Shown: in pieces, positions 19,608 to 22,407 of the stretch
Position numbering within the stretch: position 1 is the first letter of the stretch
Layout of the letters: every line of letters starts with the position of its first letter
Assembly (NCBI RefSeq): GCF_006345805.1
Contig: NW_021824600.1
Location: 1-22,407 of the forward strand
Reading direction: 5' to 3'
Source of the DNA: Octopus sinensis
Lineage: Eukaryota
Length of the DNA: 22,407 nt
Notes under the pieces: generated by a model
Told to the model about the DNA's origin: nothing
Seen by the model: the letters and a program-made list of their open reading frames with translations, nothing else
Database searches by the model: none
Position numbers and translations under genes: made by a program

Positions 19608-19964
19608 ATATTTATATATATATATATATTATATATATATATATATATATAATATATATACATAGATAGATAAATATAAATATATATGTAATGTATATAT
19701 AATATTATATATATATATACATACAACATACATATATATACATATATACGACATATTCGTATATATGTGTGTCAATAAATATATGTAAATATATAAACCT
19801 GTGCGCGCACACACACACACACACATTATATATATATATATATATAACATGTATATCTATCTGCCTTTATCTCTCTCTCTCTCTCTCAATACATATATAT
19901 ATAAACATACATACATACATACTACATATATATATATTATATAATATTATATATATATATATAT

Positions 19965-20000
<36 letters not shown>

Positions 20001-20114
20001 TTGATAGAAAGGAAAATAGATTAGATGGATAGATAGATAGATACATACAAACATACGGTTATTTATCTAGATATATAGATGCATATATACATATGTGTAT
20101 ATGTGTATGCATGC

Positions 20115-20165
<51 letters not shown>

Positions 20166-20195
20166 CATATATGCATATACATATACATATACAAA
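19487..20195. repeat. Compound TG/TA/CA/GA/GATA microsatellite block
   Basis: Direct inspection. Confidence 0.93.
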
Positions 20196-20753
20196 TACAT
20201 ACTTGCATTATTGTAAGGTCGTTGACCAGAACCAGAGCCGTACGAAGAATTTTATTTGGACAAGCGGATCGGTAACATTCGCTAAGGAGATTGATGAACC
20301 GATTCAAGATTGGAAAACTGATATTAATCAGTAAAGGAATAATGTCCCTCTTATAAATACAAATACATACATAGAGAAAGTTAAACATATATAAGGATTG
20401 CTTTAACATGCTTTGTAATGGCCTCAAATATGCATAATGTACATAGCTATACATAGACATGTTTACACCCGTATATCTGAGTATATAGATATGTGTGTAT
20501 ATGTCTATCCATATAAAGGTGTATATATACATATATATATATATATATTTGTGGGTGTATACATGTATGTATGCATGTATATATGTATGTGTGTATATGC
20601 CTATGAATGTGTTTATGTATGTATACATGTATGTGTATTTGTTTTGTAACCACGAGTGCACGCATATGTCAGATTCCACGGCTATTATTACTTGGTTACC
20701 GACTTACACGTATTAACTATTAGACGCACTGACGCATACAGACAAACACTGAG

Positions 20754-20804
<51 letters not shown>

Positions 20805-21036
20805 AACAAACATACTTTTCTGCATACATACATACAGACACACATACATACACATTCAATTACAAACACACAAACATCCTTTCCGATGTATATCATTACT
20901 TAGTCTTGGTTACTGAATTCACTCGTATTATCCATTTTCTATGTATATATATATATATACACACACACAAATACATATATATATGCATGCATTTATATGT
21001 ATACATATATGAATATATATATATATATATATTATA

Positions 21037-21189
21037 TATATAATATTATTAGAGACAAAACCACTATTTGCAAAACAACAAGGAAAGACTTAATCAATAC
21101 ATAAAATTTTAATAAAATTTTATGTATTGATTAAGTCTTTCCTTGTTTGTTTTGCAAAATAGTGGTTTTGTCTCTAATAATATTATATA
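21037..21189. repeat. Near-perfect 153-bp palindrome with essentially no spacer
   Basis: Arms are symmetric about 21112 (caatacataaaatttta-a-taaaattttatgtattg). They differ only by two single-base indels. Confidence 0.95.
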
Positions 21190-21267
21190 ATATTTTACTA
21201 TAAAATTGGATTTAATCCTAATCTGATTTTTTTCCCTGTAAATTTGGATTTATTCCCTAATATTTAT

Positions 21268-21300
<33 letters not shown>

Positions 21301-21304
<4 letters not shown>

Positions 21305-21531
21305 ATATAAGGGCATTATACATACATGCCAAACGCTAAGAGGGACAATCAGTCATTTCTAACCAAAAATATTACTAATCCCCCGAATGCAATTGGTTGG
21401 TGGATTAGTAATATTTTGCATTCGGTGGGATTAGTAATATTTTTGGTAGAATGACTGATTGTCCTCTTAGCGGTTTTGGTATGTATGTATAATGCCTTCT
21501 GGCATGTATGTATAATGCCCTCTATATAAAA
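21301..21531. mobile_element. Foldback element (~90-bp arms) with a 23-bp tandem duplication in the right arm
   Basis: 21301-21392 is the near reverse complement of 21416-21531. tgg(t/c)atgtatgtataatgcc occurs at 21477 and 21500. Confidence 0.85.
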
Positions 21532-21657
21532 TTAATATGTTCAATAAGAAATAATTATTTTCGAAATTTTTCTCTTATGAGGTTTTTACGCTATCTACCT
21601 GACAATTTCTTGTTAAGTTTTCCTTATTAAGTAGTTGTCCTTAATTGCTATATATAT

Positions 21658-21724
<67 letters not shown>

Positions 21725-22139
21725 TTGTGTATACGTTTGTGCATGCATAGGTATATCAATTAATTACATAATATGCATACAATATATATATGGGTATACA
21801 TACATTCATATGTGCCTGTGTGTGAGTGTGTACATATGTATATGTAAATAGCATTTGGGTCCACGTCTAGTCACATTATTCTTCCCATCGGTTAGATTTA
21901 ATAGAAAAGTAATTAATATTCCAAGCTGGTAGCTGAGATTAAATAGTGGACATTATGTATCGCGTTACGTATTTATTGTCTCGAAGCAGTCCCGCCGATT
22001 CCGCCTTTAACGAAGTCAGCTTCAAGCTATTCTAGTGCTAGGCTTTAATATATATTCCTCGAAAAACAAGTCTGAATCACTTACAGAAATGTCTATTCAT
22101 TGTGTATGCGTATTCACACTCGCAACCAAAACGCCAACA

Positions 22140-22208
22140 TAAATGCGTATGTGTGTGTTGTATGTACGTATGGACGTATACACACACACACACATATATA
22201 TGTGTATG

Positions 22209-22258
<50 letters not shown>

Positions 22259-22365
22259 ATGTATATATATACATATATACATATATATATATGTGTGTGT
22301 ATATATATATATATGTGTGTGTATATATGTATATATATGTGTGTATGTATTTATATACATACATG
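22140..22365. repeat. Compound TG/TA/CA microsatellite
   Basis: Direct inspection. Confidence 0.93.
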
Positions 22366-22407
22366 CTACCTACTTCATAAAATCCAATATAGATTTTATC
22401 CTCGATT

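Overview
AT-rich, microsatellite-saturated animal genomic DNA (intergenic or long intron). It is most likely from an octopod cephalopod; I infer this from recalling the SINE sequences as Octopus families, not from a search. No intact protein-coding gene can be supported: nearly all listed ORFs are translations of (TA)n, (CA)n, (ATT)n or (TATC)n repeats. The window is a transposon graveyard. It holds several copies of tRNA-derived SINEs from at least three families, a SINE-derived ~183-bp tandem array and two decayed Tc1/mariner transposase genes (a mariner and a DD37D/maT-like element). It also holds many foldback/MITE palindromes and Penelope-like terminal repeats with hammerhead-ribozyme-like cores. 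Three things stand out. (1) A ~1-kb RT-less, ORF1-like retroposed element splits the mariner gene with a target-site duplication and shares its 3' tail with the tandem SINE. (2) An inverted pair of hammerhead-bearing repeats and further hammerhead-like motifs are present. (3) A mariner MITE hosts a second TIR element and a SINE, each with its own TSD.
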